A stretch of 64,000 nucleotides of DNA from Gemmatimonadota bacterium (lineage in GTDB: Bacteria; Gemmatimonadota; Gemmatimonadetes; Gemmatimonadales; GWC2-71-9). The stretch is taken from assembly GCA_041486305.1 (NCBI GenBank), contig JBGPLG010000009.1, forward strand, positions 1,639 to 65,638. Reading direction: 5' to 3'. The position numbers and the translations under genes are program-made. This document shows, piece by piece, positions 38,275 to 48,237 of the stretch. Below the pieces are notes generated by a model. It worked only from the letters and a program-made list of their open reading frames with translations, had not been told where the DNA came from and ran no database searches. Numbering within the stretch: the stretch's first letter is position 1; each line of letters starts with the position of its first letter.

Positions 38275-38298
38275 TTAGCGTCTTAGCGTCTTAGCCTC
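38275..38298 (-). repeat. Octamer array encoding the permease C-terminus and stop
   Basis: TTAGCGTC TTAGCGTC TTAGCCTC on +, which reads EAKTLRR* on -. Confidence 0.88.
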
Positions 38299-39651
38299 TT
38301 TCGTGAAATACCAGTAGAGTGGCAGGCCCGCCACGAGCAGGCCCGCGCCGATCAGGGAGAACTTGGGCTGCGCGATGATCGAGTTCACGATCAGATATGC
38401 CGAGAACAGGATGAAGACCACCGGCGTCACCGGATAGCCCCAGGCGCGATAGGGCCGGGCCAGCCCGGGCTCCTGGCGCCGCAGCACGATGACGGCGATG
38501 CAGGACAGCGAATAGAAGAGAAACGATACGAAGACCATGCAGGTGATCAGGTCATTGTAGGTGCCCAGCAGCACCAGGAGGGACGACCAGATCCCTTGCG
38601 CGATGAGTGCGGTATTCGGAGTCGCGTACTTTGGGTGCAGCCGGGAGGCCCAGGAGAAGAACTGCCCCTCGCGGGCCATGGCCCAGGGAATCCGGGCGGC
38701 GGTAAAGACGATGCCGTGATTGGAACCCAGGGTGGAGACCAGCACGGCGACCGTGATGAAGGCGGCGCCTCCGGTGCCCAGCACCACGCGCATGGCGTCG
38801 GCCGCGACCAGCGGGGACTGGGCGGCCCCCTCCCGCCCCAGCACGTAGAGAATCGCGAGGCTCACCCCGACGTACAGCACGCTCACCAACACCGTCGAGA
38901 GGAGGATCGAGCGCGGCATGTCTCGGGCGGGATTCCGCATCTCGCTGCCCACGTAAGTGATCTCGATCCACCCATCGTAGCCCCACAACACCGCAATCAT
39001 CGCGACCCCGAACGGCCCGATGAGCGACGTCACCGGCTCGGCGGGCCAGAGCGGCTGAAAGTTGTGGACGGCACCGCCGGGCAACAGGAGGCAGAGCGCG
39101 ACCAGGGCGATCACCGCCGCGATCTTGACGAGGGTGACCACGTTCTGGGTGACCGCGCCGACCTTGAGGCCAAAACAGTTGATGAGCGTGAGCAGGAGGA
39201 TCGAGCCGATGGCCACCACCTTGATGGCCGCCGACGAGAGGGGCAGGAAGAACCCCATGTAGGTGGCGAACCCCACCGCGATCGCGGCGATCGAGGCGGG
39301 GTTGATCACCACCGAGCTGCCCCAGCCGTAGAGGTAGCCCCAGACCGGCCCGAAGGCCCGCTGCAGGTAGATGAACTGCCCGCCGGCCTTGGGCATCGCG
39401 GCGCCGAGCTCGGCGATACACAGCGCACCACACAGCGAGATCACCGCCCCCACCACCCAGACGAGGATGGTCGGAAACGACGCGGTGAACGCGGCCGCGA
39501 TGGCGCTGGGCACGATGAAGATCGACGAGGCGATGATGGTCCCGACATTGATCATCGTCGCGTCGAGCAGGCCCAGCTCGCGGCACAAGCCGTCCTCCCC
39601 GCGGGTACCAGCGGGCACGGGCTGGTGCGGAAGTGTCTGGGTGGAGGCCAT
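38275..39651 (-). CDS. APC family amino acid permease (LAT-like)
   Basis: RELGLLDATMINVGTIIASSIF, AELGAAMPKAGG, WGYDGW, EMRNPARDMP, RPYRAWGYP. Confidence 0.93.
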   Translation of the reverse strand: MASTQTLPHQPVPAGTRGEDGLCRELGLLDATMINVGTIIASSIFIVPSAIAAAFTASFPTILVWVVGAVISLCGALCIAELGAAMPKAGGQFIYLQRAFGPVWGYLYGWGSSVVINPASIAAIAVGFATYMGFFLPLSSAAIKVVAIGSILLLTLINCFGLKVGAVTQNVVTLVKIAAVIALVALCLLLPGGAVHNFQPLWPAEPVTSLIGPFGVAMIAVLWGYDGWIEITYVGSEMRNPARDMPRSILLSTVLVSVLYVGVSLAILYVLGREGAAQSPLVAADAMRVVLGTGGAAFITVAVLVSTLGSNHGIVFTAARIPWAMAREGQFFSWASRLHPKYATPNTALIAQGIWSSLLVLLGTYNDLITCMVFVSFLFYSLSCIAVIVLRRQEPGLARPYRAWGYPVTPVVFILFSAYLIVNSIIAQPKFSLIGAGLLVAGLPLYWYFTKEAKTLRR

Positions 39652-39783
39652 CGGGTTCACCAAGCTACCGCCTGACCACGCCCGCCGGAAGCCGGGCGCG
39701 GGTGGCTCGGCCGCGGTACCGGGGCTATCCTATCTCGCGACCGCCGCTCGCCGCTCGACCACCCGTAACCGGATCATCGCCCG

Positions 39784-42700
39784 ATGAAAAGCGCCGCCAC
39801 CGGCCTGCTGCTCCTGCTCGCCCTGCCCGTCCCGGGGACCTCCCAGGGGGCGCCGGCCCGCGCACCCGTCCGTCGTCCCGCCACGACGGCGCCCGTCCCC
39901 GCCCCGGCGCCGGCCCCGGCGCGGACCGACTCGGCGACCGGCGGGCGCCAGGCCGCTCCCGACCACCGACCGGCTGCGCCCGGGGGTATTCGGTGGGCTC
40001 CGGGTCCGGAGCATCGGTCCCGCAGCACCGTCGGGAAGGATCGGGGAGGTCGCCGTGCACCCGTCGGCGAAGAGCACCTGGTACGTCGCGGTGCACTCGG
40101 GCGGCGTGTGGAAGACCGTCAACGCCGGCACCACGTGGACGCCGGTCTTCGACACCCAGGGCGCCTACTCGATCGGCACCGTGGCGATCGATCCGAACAA
40201 TCCCCTGGTGGTATGGGTAGGCACCGGCGAGAACAACTCGCAGCGCAGCGTCGGCTATGGCGACGGCGTCTACAAGTCCACCGACGGTGGCCGCAACTGG
40301 ACCAATGTCGGGCTCAAGGCGTCCAACCACATCGGCAAGATCCTGATCGACCCCCGCCACAGCGATGTCGTATACGTCTCCGCCGAGGGACCGCTCTGGT
40401 CCGCGGGGGGTGACCGCGGGGTCTACAAGACCGGGGACGGCGGGAAGACCTGGACCCTGTCGCTCAAAGGCGACGACTGGACCGGCGCCTACGACATGCA
40501 GATGGATCCCCGGAATCCCGACGTGCTCTACGCCTCGACCTGGCAGCGGACCCGGCGGCAGTGGGGATTCATCGACGGCGGCCCGGGGTCCGCCCTCTGG
40601 AAGTCGGTCGACGCCGGCGCCACCTGGACCAAGCTGACCCGCGGGCTTCCCCCCGAGGAGATGGGCAAGATCGGGCTGGCGGTCTCACCCGCGAATCCGA
40701 ACATCGTGTACGCCCAGATCGAGGCGGCCAACCGGGCCGGGGGATTCTTCCGCTCGGTGGACGCCGGGCAGAACTGGGAGCGGATGAATCCCGCGGTGGC
40801 GGGACCGCCGTTCTACTACCACAAACTGTTCGCCGACCCCAAGGATCCCGACCGGGTCTACGCGATGAACGTCCAGCTCCAGGTGACCGAAGACGGAGGC
40901 CGGACCTTCCGCTCGATCCAGGGGCGCTCCACCCATGTGGACAATCACGCGCTGTGGATCGATCCCGACGATACCGGGCACATCCTCTCGGGCAACGACG
41001 GCGGCCTGTACGAGACGTTCGACCGGGGCGCCACCTGGATGTACGTGGCCAACCTTCCCCTGGTGCAGTTCTACAAGGTGGACGTGGCCCAGAGCGAGAG
41101 CCCGTTCTACCTGGTCTGCGGCGGCACCCAGGACAACAATTCCGTCTGCGGCCCATCGGGCACCCGGAGCCAGCACGGCATCGCCAACGCCGACTGGTTC
41201 ATCACCACCGGTGGCGACGGATTCACCAGCAAGATCGACTGGCAGGACTCCAACACCCTGTACGCCGAGTCGCAGCACGGCGAGATGGTCCGCTACGACC
41301 GGACCACCGGGGGGCGGATCGGGATCCAGCCCCAGCCGGAGAAAGGAGACTCGGCGCTGCGCTGGCACTGGGACTCGCCGCTCATCATCAGCCCCCATTC
41401 GCACACCCGCCTCTACTTCGGGTCCCAGCGGTTGTTCCGGAGCGAGGACCGTGGCGACAGCTGGAAGGCGATCAGCGGGGACCTGAGCCGCCAGATCGAC
41501 CGCAACAAGCTCAAGATGATGGGCCGGGTATGGAGCGTCGACGCCGTGGCCAAGAACACCTCGACGTCCTTCTTCGGGACGATCGTGTCCCTGGCGGAGT
41601 CGCCGACCAAGGAAGGCCTGCTCTACGCCGGCACCGACGACGGGGCGCTGAACGTCACGGAGGACGGGGGCACCACCTGGCGCAAGATCGAGCATTTCGC
41701 CGGCGTGCCGGACACCACCTTCGTCTCGAACGTCACCCCGTCGCGTCATGACGCGAATACGGTCTATGCGTCCTTCGACAATCACAAGGCGGGAGACTTC
41801 AAGCCCTATCTGCTCAAGAGCACCGACCAGGGGCGGAGCTGGACCTCCGTCGCCGGGAATCTTCCAGAGCGCGGGTCGGTCCTGGCGATCGCCGAGGACC
41901 ACGTGAACCCGAGCCTGCTCTTCGCCGGCACCGAGTTCGGCGCCTTCTTCACGGTGGACGGCGGGAAGAAGTGGATCAAGCTGGCCGGCCTCCCCACGAT
42001 CCCGGTGCGGGACATCGCGATCCACCGCAAGAACAACGACCTGGTCCTGGCCACCTTCGGCCGGGGCTTCTACGTCCTGGACGATTACTCCCCGCTGCGG
42101 GACGCCGCCAAGACGGTCGAGCAGCGATCCGCGCTGCTGCCGGTGGCCGATGCATCGATGTACCTCGAGGCCTCGCCCTTGGGCGGCGGTCCCCGCGGGG
42201 CGCAGGGCGACGCGCTCTACACCGCCCGGAATCCGGCCTTCGGCGCGACGTTCACCTGGTTCATGCGGAGCGAGCTGCGAACCCGGCGCGCCAGGCGGCT
42301 CGCCGCCGAGAAGTCCGCCGCCGGCAAGGGAGAGGACGTGTTCTACCCGCCACTCGACAGCCTCCGGGCCGAGGATCGCGAGGAGGCGCCGGCGGTGATG
42401 CTCACCGTGGCGGATGAGCAGGGCAACGTGGTCCGGAGAATCAGCGGTCCGACCGGGAGCGGCTTCCAGCGCGTCACCTGGGATTTCCGCTATCCCGCCT
42501 CGACCCCGGTCACGTCGCTCACGCCGCCGCAGCGCGGCGGAGACGACGACGGCGGATTCACCGGTCCGTCGGGACCGATGGCGGTACCGGACACCTACAA
42601 GGTGACGCTCTCGATCCGGCAGGACGGGCGGGAGACGGTGGTGGGCTCGCAGACCTTCAAGGCGTCGCCGCTGGGCCAGGGCCCCCTCTCGGCGCCCGAT

Positions 42701-43165
42701 CGCGCGGCTGTGGCCGCGTTCCACCAGCAGACCGCGCGGCTGCAGCGCGCGGCGATGGGCACCAACGCGGCCCTCGCCGAGGCGGACACCCGGCTGCAGC
42801 TGCTGCGCCGGGCCATCGATGCGACACCGGCCGCGCCGGCGCTGGCCGACCGGGCCCGGGCGCTCAACCAGCGGCTCCGTGCCCTGCGCACCGAGATGGA
42901 CGGAGACAACGTGATCGCCGGCGAGAACGAGCCCACGCCGCCGACCCTGATCGACCGGATTCAGCGCGTGGTCCAGAACACCTGGGCCACGGTCTCGGCC
43001 CCGACGGCCACCCATCGCCGGAACTACCAGATCGCGTCCGACGAGCTGGCGGAGCTCCTGCCGCGCTTCCGGGCGTTCCTGGACGATCAGAAGAAGTTGG
43101 AGGACGACGCCGAGGCGGCGGGCGCACCGTGGACGCCCGGCAGGGTGCCGGCGTGGAAGCCGTGA
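39784..43165 (+). pseudogene. Vps10/BNR propeller paralog 2 with a +1 frameshift near 39900-39980 (pseudogene, programmed shift or sequence error)
   Basis: Signal peptide MKSAATGLLLLLALP is in the frame of 39784; conserved VFGGLRVRSIGPAAPSGRI and the 1036-aa body are in another frame with no canonical start before 40055. Confidence 0.75.
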
Positions 43166-43168
43166 CTA

Positions 43169-43240
43169 GAGGCTAAGAGGCTAAGGCGGTAGGAGGCTAG
43201 GAAACTACTTAGCCTCTTAGCGTCTTAGCCTCTTAGCCTC
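43169..43240. repeat. Inverted octamer arrays (4 + 1 spacer unit + 4) between convergent genes
   Basis: GAGGCTAA GAGGCTAA GGCGGTAG GAGGCTAG GAAACTAC TTAGCCTC TTAGCGTC TTAGCCTC TTAGCCTC. Confidence 0.92.
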
Positions 43241-43242
43241 CA

Positions 43243-44928
43243 TCATGGAGCAGCGGCGTACGTAATCTCCCCGTTGATCACCGTGTACAGCGTCTTGGTC
43301 TTCAGAATCTCGGCCTCCGGCACGCTCATGATGTCCTGGCTCAGGATCGTGAGATCGGCGAGCTTGCCGACCTCGATGGATCCACGCTGCGCCTCCTCGA
43401 ACGCCGCGAACGCCGGCCAGATGGTGAACATCTTGAGCGCCTGGCCCCGGGTGACCTTCTCCTCGGGGTGCCAGCCTTCTCCGGAATGGCCCGAGAGGTC
43501 CTTCCGCGCCACCGCGGCATAGAACTCTATCATCGGCTCTCCCCGCTCCACCGGGGCATCCGATCCGCCCGGCACCGGGACGCCGAGCTTGATGAACGTC
43601 TCCCACGCGTAGGCGCCCTTGAGCCGGTCCATGCCGAGCCGCGACGGCGCGAAGTAGAGATCGCCGATGGCGTGGGAGGGCTGCATCGACGCGATGATGC
43701 CGAGAGCCTTGAAACGTGGGATGTCATCCGGGTTCACGATCTGGGAGTGCTCGTCGCGCCAGCGCGGCTCCGCGATCTTCCGCTGATCCGGGGGAACCGC
43801 CTTCATGGCGCGCTCGTAGAAATCCAGCATCAGCCGGTTGCCGCGGTCGCCGATGGCGTGGGTGGACACCTGGATGCCGTTCTTCAGCGCCGCGATCAGC
43901 ATCGGCTGGAGCGCCACCGTGTCGGTGGTGATGAGCCCGGAGGTCCGCGGGTCGTCGGTGTAGGGGGCCAACAGGGCTGCGCCCCGGCTGCCCAGCGCGC
44001 CGTCCATGACCACCTTGATGTTGCGCACCGTGAGCTTGCCGGCGAACTCGCCCAGGACCGGTCCCTGCTCGATCAGTCGGTTCGCGTCCGCGCCGGGGCC
44101 GGTGATGTTCTTGTAGATCCGGATCTTGATCTTGCCGTCCTTGTACAGGCGTCGCATCCGCTCCACGTCGGCCCAGGTGCCGTGGGCGTCCTGGATCTGG
44201 GTCCAGCCCAGCTCCACCTCGCGCTGCACGCCTTTGATGATCTGTTCGTCCTGTTCCGCGTCGGTATCGGGAGGCACCAGCCGGCCGACCAGCCCCTGGG
44301 CCCGGTCGATCAGCATGCCGGTGGGCTCGCCGGAGGCGTCCTTGTTGATCGCGCCGCCCGAGGGGGGCCGGGTGTCGCGGGTGATGCCGGCGAGGCGGAG
44401 CGCGGCGCTGTTGGCGATCGACGCGTGCCCATCGGCCCGCTGCAGCACCACCGGATTGTTCGGCGCGATGCCGTCGAGGTCCTGCCGGGTGGGAAACACC
44501 GGCGGCTTCCAGAAGGTTTCGATCCACCCGCGTCCGGTGACCCACTGGCCCGCCCGGGCCTGATCCACCCGGGTCTTCACCCGCGCGAGAAACTCCTCCA
44601 AACTCTTGGTGCCTTCCAGATTGAGCGTCATCTCCCGCTCGCCCACACCCGACAGGTGCATGTGCGCGTCGGTCAGACCGGGCAGCACCGTCGCACCGCG
44701 GAGGTCGATCACCCGGGTATTGGGTCCGGTGAACTTCCTGGCTCCGCCGTTGTTGCCCACGAAGACGATCTTGTTTCCCTTGATCGCGACGGCATCCGCC
44801 CGGGCCTGCTTGTCGTTGGCGGTGTAGACCTTGCCGTTGGTGAAGACGAGGTCGGCCGGTTCCTGCTGCGGCCCGGAAACAACCGGCGCCAGCAGGGCCA
44901 GCGCGGCGGCGAGGGAGGGCCATTTCAT
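43243..44928 (-). CDS. Exported amidohydrolase_3 (YtcJ-like)
   Basis: Signal peptide; PGLTDAHMH, DGALGSRGA, HAIGDRGN, DEHSQ, GSDAPVE; ATGA-coupled to Vps10 paralog 3. Confidence 0.92.
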   Translation of the reverse strand: MKWPSLAAALALLAPVVSGPQQEPADLVFTNGKVYTANDKQARADAVAIKGNKIVFVGNNGGARKFTGPNTRVIDLRGATVLPGLTDAHMHLSGVGEREMTLNLEGTKSLEEFLARVKTRVDQARAGQWVTGRGWIETFWKPPVFPTRQDLDGIAPNNPVVLQRADGHASIANSAALRLAGITRDTRPPSGGAINKDASGEPTGMLIDRAQGLVGRLVPPDTDAEQDEQIIKGVQREVELGWTQIQDAHGTWADVERMRRLYKDGKIKIRIYKNITGPGADANRLIEQGPVLGEFAGKLTVRNIKVVMDGALGSRGAALLAPYTDDPRTSGLITTDTVALQPMLIAALKNGIQVSTHAIGDRGNRLMLDFYERAMKAVPPDQRKIAEPRWRDEHSQIVNPDDIPRFKALGIIASMQPSHAIGDLYFAPSRLGMDRLKGAYAWETFIKLGVPVPGGSDAPVERGEPMIEFYAAVARKDLSGHSGEGWHPEEKVTRGQALKMFTIWPAFAAFEEAQRGSIEVGKLADLTILSQDIMSVPEAEILKTKTLYTVINGEITYAAAP

Positions 44929-47900
44929 ATCGTGGTCCTTTCGCTGCGTAAATCGTCCGGCGGCACGGCCTTGGGCGCCACGGGATACAGACCCGCGTCG
45001 GCGAGCTGCTTGTAGAAGGCGGGCAGCCGGGCCATGAACGCGTTCACCTCCGCGATGGCGCCCGGAATGTCCTTCTTGAGCTCCCCGATCTGACGGATCT
45101 CGTCTTCGCTCGCCGGCGCGGTGGCTCCTTCGATTCCACCGGTCACGTTGCCGACCCGAAACCCGAGATTCTTCCGGAAGTCGTTGAAGTCGAAATCGGG
45201 CGCGGAAAAGTCCAGCCCGATGCCGAACTTCTTCTTCAGGGGCTCGAGCGCCTTGGTCAGGGAATCGAGCGTCGCCTTGACCGGCGCCGGGATCGCGGCG
45301 GTGTCGCCCAGGGCGGTCTTGATCTGGGTCAGCTGGTCATTGGCCTTACGCACCGCGGCGGTGGCGTGTTGCACCCGGCTGCCGATGGCCTGCAGCTCGC
45401 GCAGCGCGTCATAGCGGGCCCGGCGGTCGGCCTCGCTGATCGCGATGGCCGGCTCCCCGAGCACGCTGATCTTCCCGCTGCCCGCCTCCTTCCCGTTCAC
45501 CTGCAGCGCCACCTGATACTCGCCGGGGAGCACCAGCGGCCCCTCGGTGCCGTTGTCGCCCTGGCCGGCGCCGGGTGCCGGCGGCGTGTCGGGCTTCGGC
45601 CCGGGGATCGGCTCGATCCGGAGATCCCACACCGCTGCATTGACGCCCGGCGCGAGCCCGTCCTTGGTGGCGTTCCCCCGGAGGGTCCGCACCACGGCGC
45701 CGGCCGCATCCTTGATCACCACCGACACGCTGTCGGCCTTGGCGCCGAGGTGATAGGGAATCCGGGCGCCGAAGGCGGGGTTCTGTCCCAGCCAGATCAT
45801 GTTGCCTTCGAAGCCCCGCTCCCGGTCGTCCGCGACGCTGCGCTGGACCGCGGGCTCGACGTCGAAGAGAAAGTTGCCGGCCGCCTTCGCGGCGGCGTAC
45901 TGCTGGAACGGCGCCAGGTCGTCGAGGATCCAGATGGCGCGGCCGTGGGTGGCCACGATCATGTCGTTGTCGCGGGGGTGCAGGGTGATCTCGTACACCG
46001 GCACGGTCGGGAAGGTGCCGCCCACCTTGACCCAGGTCTTCCCCCGGTCGGACGTCACCCAGAGGCCGCTCTCGGCGCCGAGATAGAGCACGTCGGGGTT
46101 CTTGAGATCCTCGGTGATGGTTCGCACCACCTGGCCCTTGGGGAGGTCGCCGACGATGGATTTCCAGCCCTGCCCGAAGTCGCTGCTCATGTATGCATAG
46201 GTGCCGTAGTCGCCGACCTTGTGGCCGTCGAAGGTCACGTACACGGTCCCGTCGGCAAACCTCGAGGGCTCGACCTTGGAGACGTTGGCGAGGCGCGGCG
46301 CCCCGGAGATCCGGCCGGTCAGGTTGGTCCAGGAACCGCCGGCGTCCCGCGAGACCTGGACCTGGCCGTCGTCGGTGCCGGTGTAGAGCAGGCCGGCCAC
46401 GCGCCGCGATTCGGCGATGGTGAACAGGGTGCCGAAGTCGTTCACGCCGTCGTTCTTGGCGACGGTGATGTCCTTGCCCTTCACGCCCATCAGGGCCACC
46501 GTGTCCCGATTGATGCCCAGGCTCAGGTCGGGGCTGATCGCCTTCCAGGAGTGGCCCCGGTCGCGGGAGCGGTAGAGCCGGTGCCCGCCGGCGTAGATCG
46601 TCGCGGGGTCGTGGGGCGAGATGAGCAGCGGGGTATCCCAGTTCCATCGGATCGCGGTGTCGCTGACCGGCACCTCGGGCTTGATGCCCTTCCGCTCGTT
46701 GGTGGGCCGGTCCACCCGCGCCACGAAGCCTTCCTGCGATTCGGCGTAGATGATCCGGGGGTCGGTCGGATCGATCAGCGCGACGAACCCGTCGCCGCCC
46801 TGGACCACGAACCACTCATCCTGTCCGATGCCGTCGCGGCTCCGGACCTGGCTGGGGCCGCACCAGGTGTCGTTGTCCTGGAGGCCGCCGCAGACGGTGT
46901 ACGGTGTCTGCATGTCGTAGCCCACGTGGTAGAACTGCGCCACCGGGAGGTTGGGCAGCCAGACGTAGGTCTTGGAGCGGTCCCAGGTAACGCCGACCCC
47001 GCCGTCGCCGCCGATCATCGCGTGCTCGGAGTTGCTGGGGTCGATCCACAGCGCGTGGAAGTCGACGTGGATCTTCTCCGCGGCATTGTTGTTGAAGGTC
47101 TTCCCGCCGTCCTCCGACAGGTGCATCAGAGTGCCGCCGACCCAGATCCGCTTGTCGTCGTTGGGATCGATCCGGATCTGGGAGAAATACATCGGGCGCG
47201 GATTGGTGGAGCTCATCTTGCTCCAGGTGGCGCCGCCGTCGTCGGAGCGGTAGACCCCGCCCTGCTTGGGATGCTCGACCCGGGCGTACACGATATTGGG
47301 ATTCCTGCGATACACGTCCAGGCCGATCCGGCCCTTGTCTCCAGCGGGGATGCCGTTCTCGAGCTTGGCCCAGCTCCGGCCCCCGTCGACCGTCTTCCAG
47401 ATCGCGCTGTTGGGGCCGCCACCGTTGAAGCCCCAGCTGGCGCGGCGCCGCTGGTAGGTGGCGGCGTAGAGCACCTTGTTGTTCGACGGGTCCATCACCA
47501 GGTCGGTACCGCCGGCGTCGGGGCCGGCGTCGAGCACCCGGGTCCAGGTCATGCCCCCGTCGCCGGTCTTGTAGATCCCCCGCTCGCCGCCGGACCTCCA
47601 GAGATCGCCCAGCGCCGCGACGTACACCACGTCGTTGTCGATCGGGTCGACCACGATCCGGGGAATCTGCCGTGACTCCCGGAGCCCGGCGTTCTTCCAG
47701 GTCTTGCCGCCGTCGCTGCTCTTGTACACTCCATCGCCCCACGAGGAGCTCTGGCGGTTGTTCGATTCGCCGGTGCCGACCCACACCACGTTGGGATCGT
47801 TGGGGGCGATCGTCACGTCGCCGATCGAGCTGGTGCTCTGGGCGTCGAAGACCGGGGTGAACGTGGTCCCCTGGTTGACCGTCTTCCAGACTCCGCCAGT

Positions 47901-48131
47901 GGCGCTGCCCACGTAGAAGACCGCCGGGTTTTTCTCGAACACGGCGAAGTCATCGATCCGCCCGCTGGGCGCGGACGGGCCGATCGCGCGGAAACGCAGC
48001 CGGTCGAACGGCCCCCCCGGCTTGGCGGTATCGGGCTTCGCGGCCGGGGTCGCGGGCGTCTGTCCGAGGAGGGGCGTGGCCACGACGAGCAGACCGAGCG
48101 CACGGCGGAAGGCCGTCAGGGACTGAGACAT
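44925..48131 (-). CDS. Exported Vps10/BNR beta-propeller protein, paralog 3
   Basis: Signal peptide; FRAIGPSAPSGRI; Asp-boxes; GGLQDN; ATHGRAIWILDD. Confidence 0.88.
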   Translation of the reverse strand: MSQSLTAFRRALGLLVVATPLLGQTPATPAAKPDTAKPGGPFDRLRFRAIGPSAPSGRIDDFAVFEKNPAVFYVGSATGGVWKTVNQGTTFTPVFDAQSTSSIGDVTIAPNDPNVVWVGTGESNNRQSSSWGDGVYKSSDGGKTWKNAGLRESRQIPRIVVDPIDNDVVYVAALGDLWRSGGERGIYKTGDGGMTWTRVLDAGPDAGGTDLVMDPSNNKVLYAATYQRRRASWGFNGGGPNSAIWKTVDGGRSWAKLENGIPAGDKGRIGLDVYRRNPNIVYARVEHPKQGGVYRSDDGGATWSKMSSTNPRPMYFSQIRIDPNDDKRIWVGGTLMHLSEDGGKTFNNNAAEKIHVDFHALWIDPSNSEHAMIGGDGGVGVTWDRSKTYVWLPNLPVAQFYHVGYDMQTPYTVCGGLQDNDTWCGPSQVRSRDGIGQDEWFVVQGGDGFVALIDPTDPRIIYAESQEGFVARVDRPTNERKGIKPEVPVSDTAIRWNWDTPLLISPHDPATIYAGGHRLYRSRDRGHSWKAISPDLSLGINRDTVALMGVKGKDITVAKNDGVNDFGTLFTIAESRRVAGLLYTGTDDGQVQVSRDAGGSWTNLTGRISGAPRLANVSKVEPSRFADGTVYVTFDGHKVGDYGTYAYMSSDFGQGWKSIVGDLPKGQVVRTITEDLKNPDVLYLGAESGLWVTSDRGKTWVKVGGTFPTVPVYEITLHPRDNDMIVATHGRAIWILDDLAPFQQYAAAKAAGNFLFDVEPAVQRSVADDRERGFEGNMIWLGQNPAFGARIPYHLGAKADSVSVVIKDAAGAVVRTLRGNATKDGLAPGVNAAVWDLRIEPIPGPKPDTPPAPGAGQGDNGTEGPLVLPGEYQVALQVNGKEAGSGKISVLGEPAIAISEADRRARYDALRELQAIGSRVQHATAAVRKANDQLTQIKTALGDTAAIPAPVKATLDSLTKALEPLKKKFGIGLDFSAPDFDFNDFRKNLGFRVGNVTGGIEGATAPASEDEIRQIGELKKDIPGAIAEVNAFMARLPAFYKQLADAGLYPVAPKAVPPDDLRSERTTI

Positions 48132-48237
48132 AGATCGCTCCACGAGAGGGCGTCCCGGATTGTCAGAACAGCGGGGCGAGATAGCTTACCCTATGTTCCG
48201 GCGGGGGACAACGTTGAGCGCCGGCTTCGCGTGCGTC

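Noticed and set aside
38213-43240. Short repeat arrays as CRISPR
   Set aside because: Units are 7-8 nt in tandem with no unique spacers, and no cas genes are present
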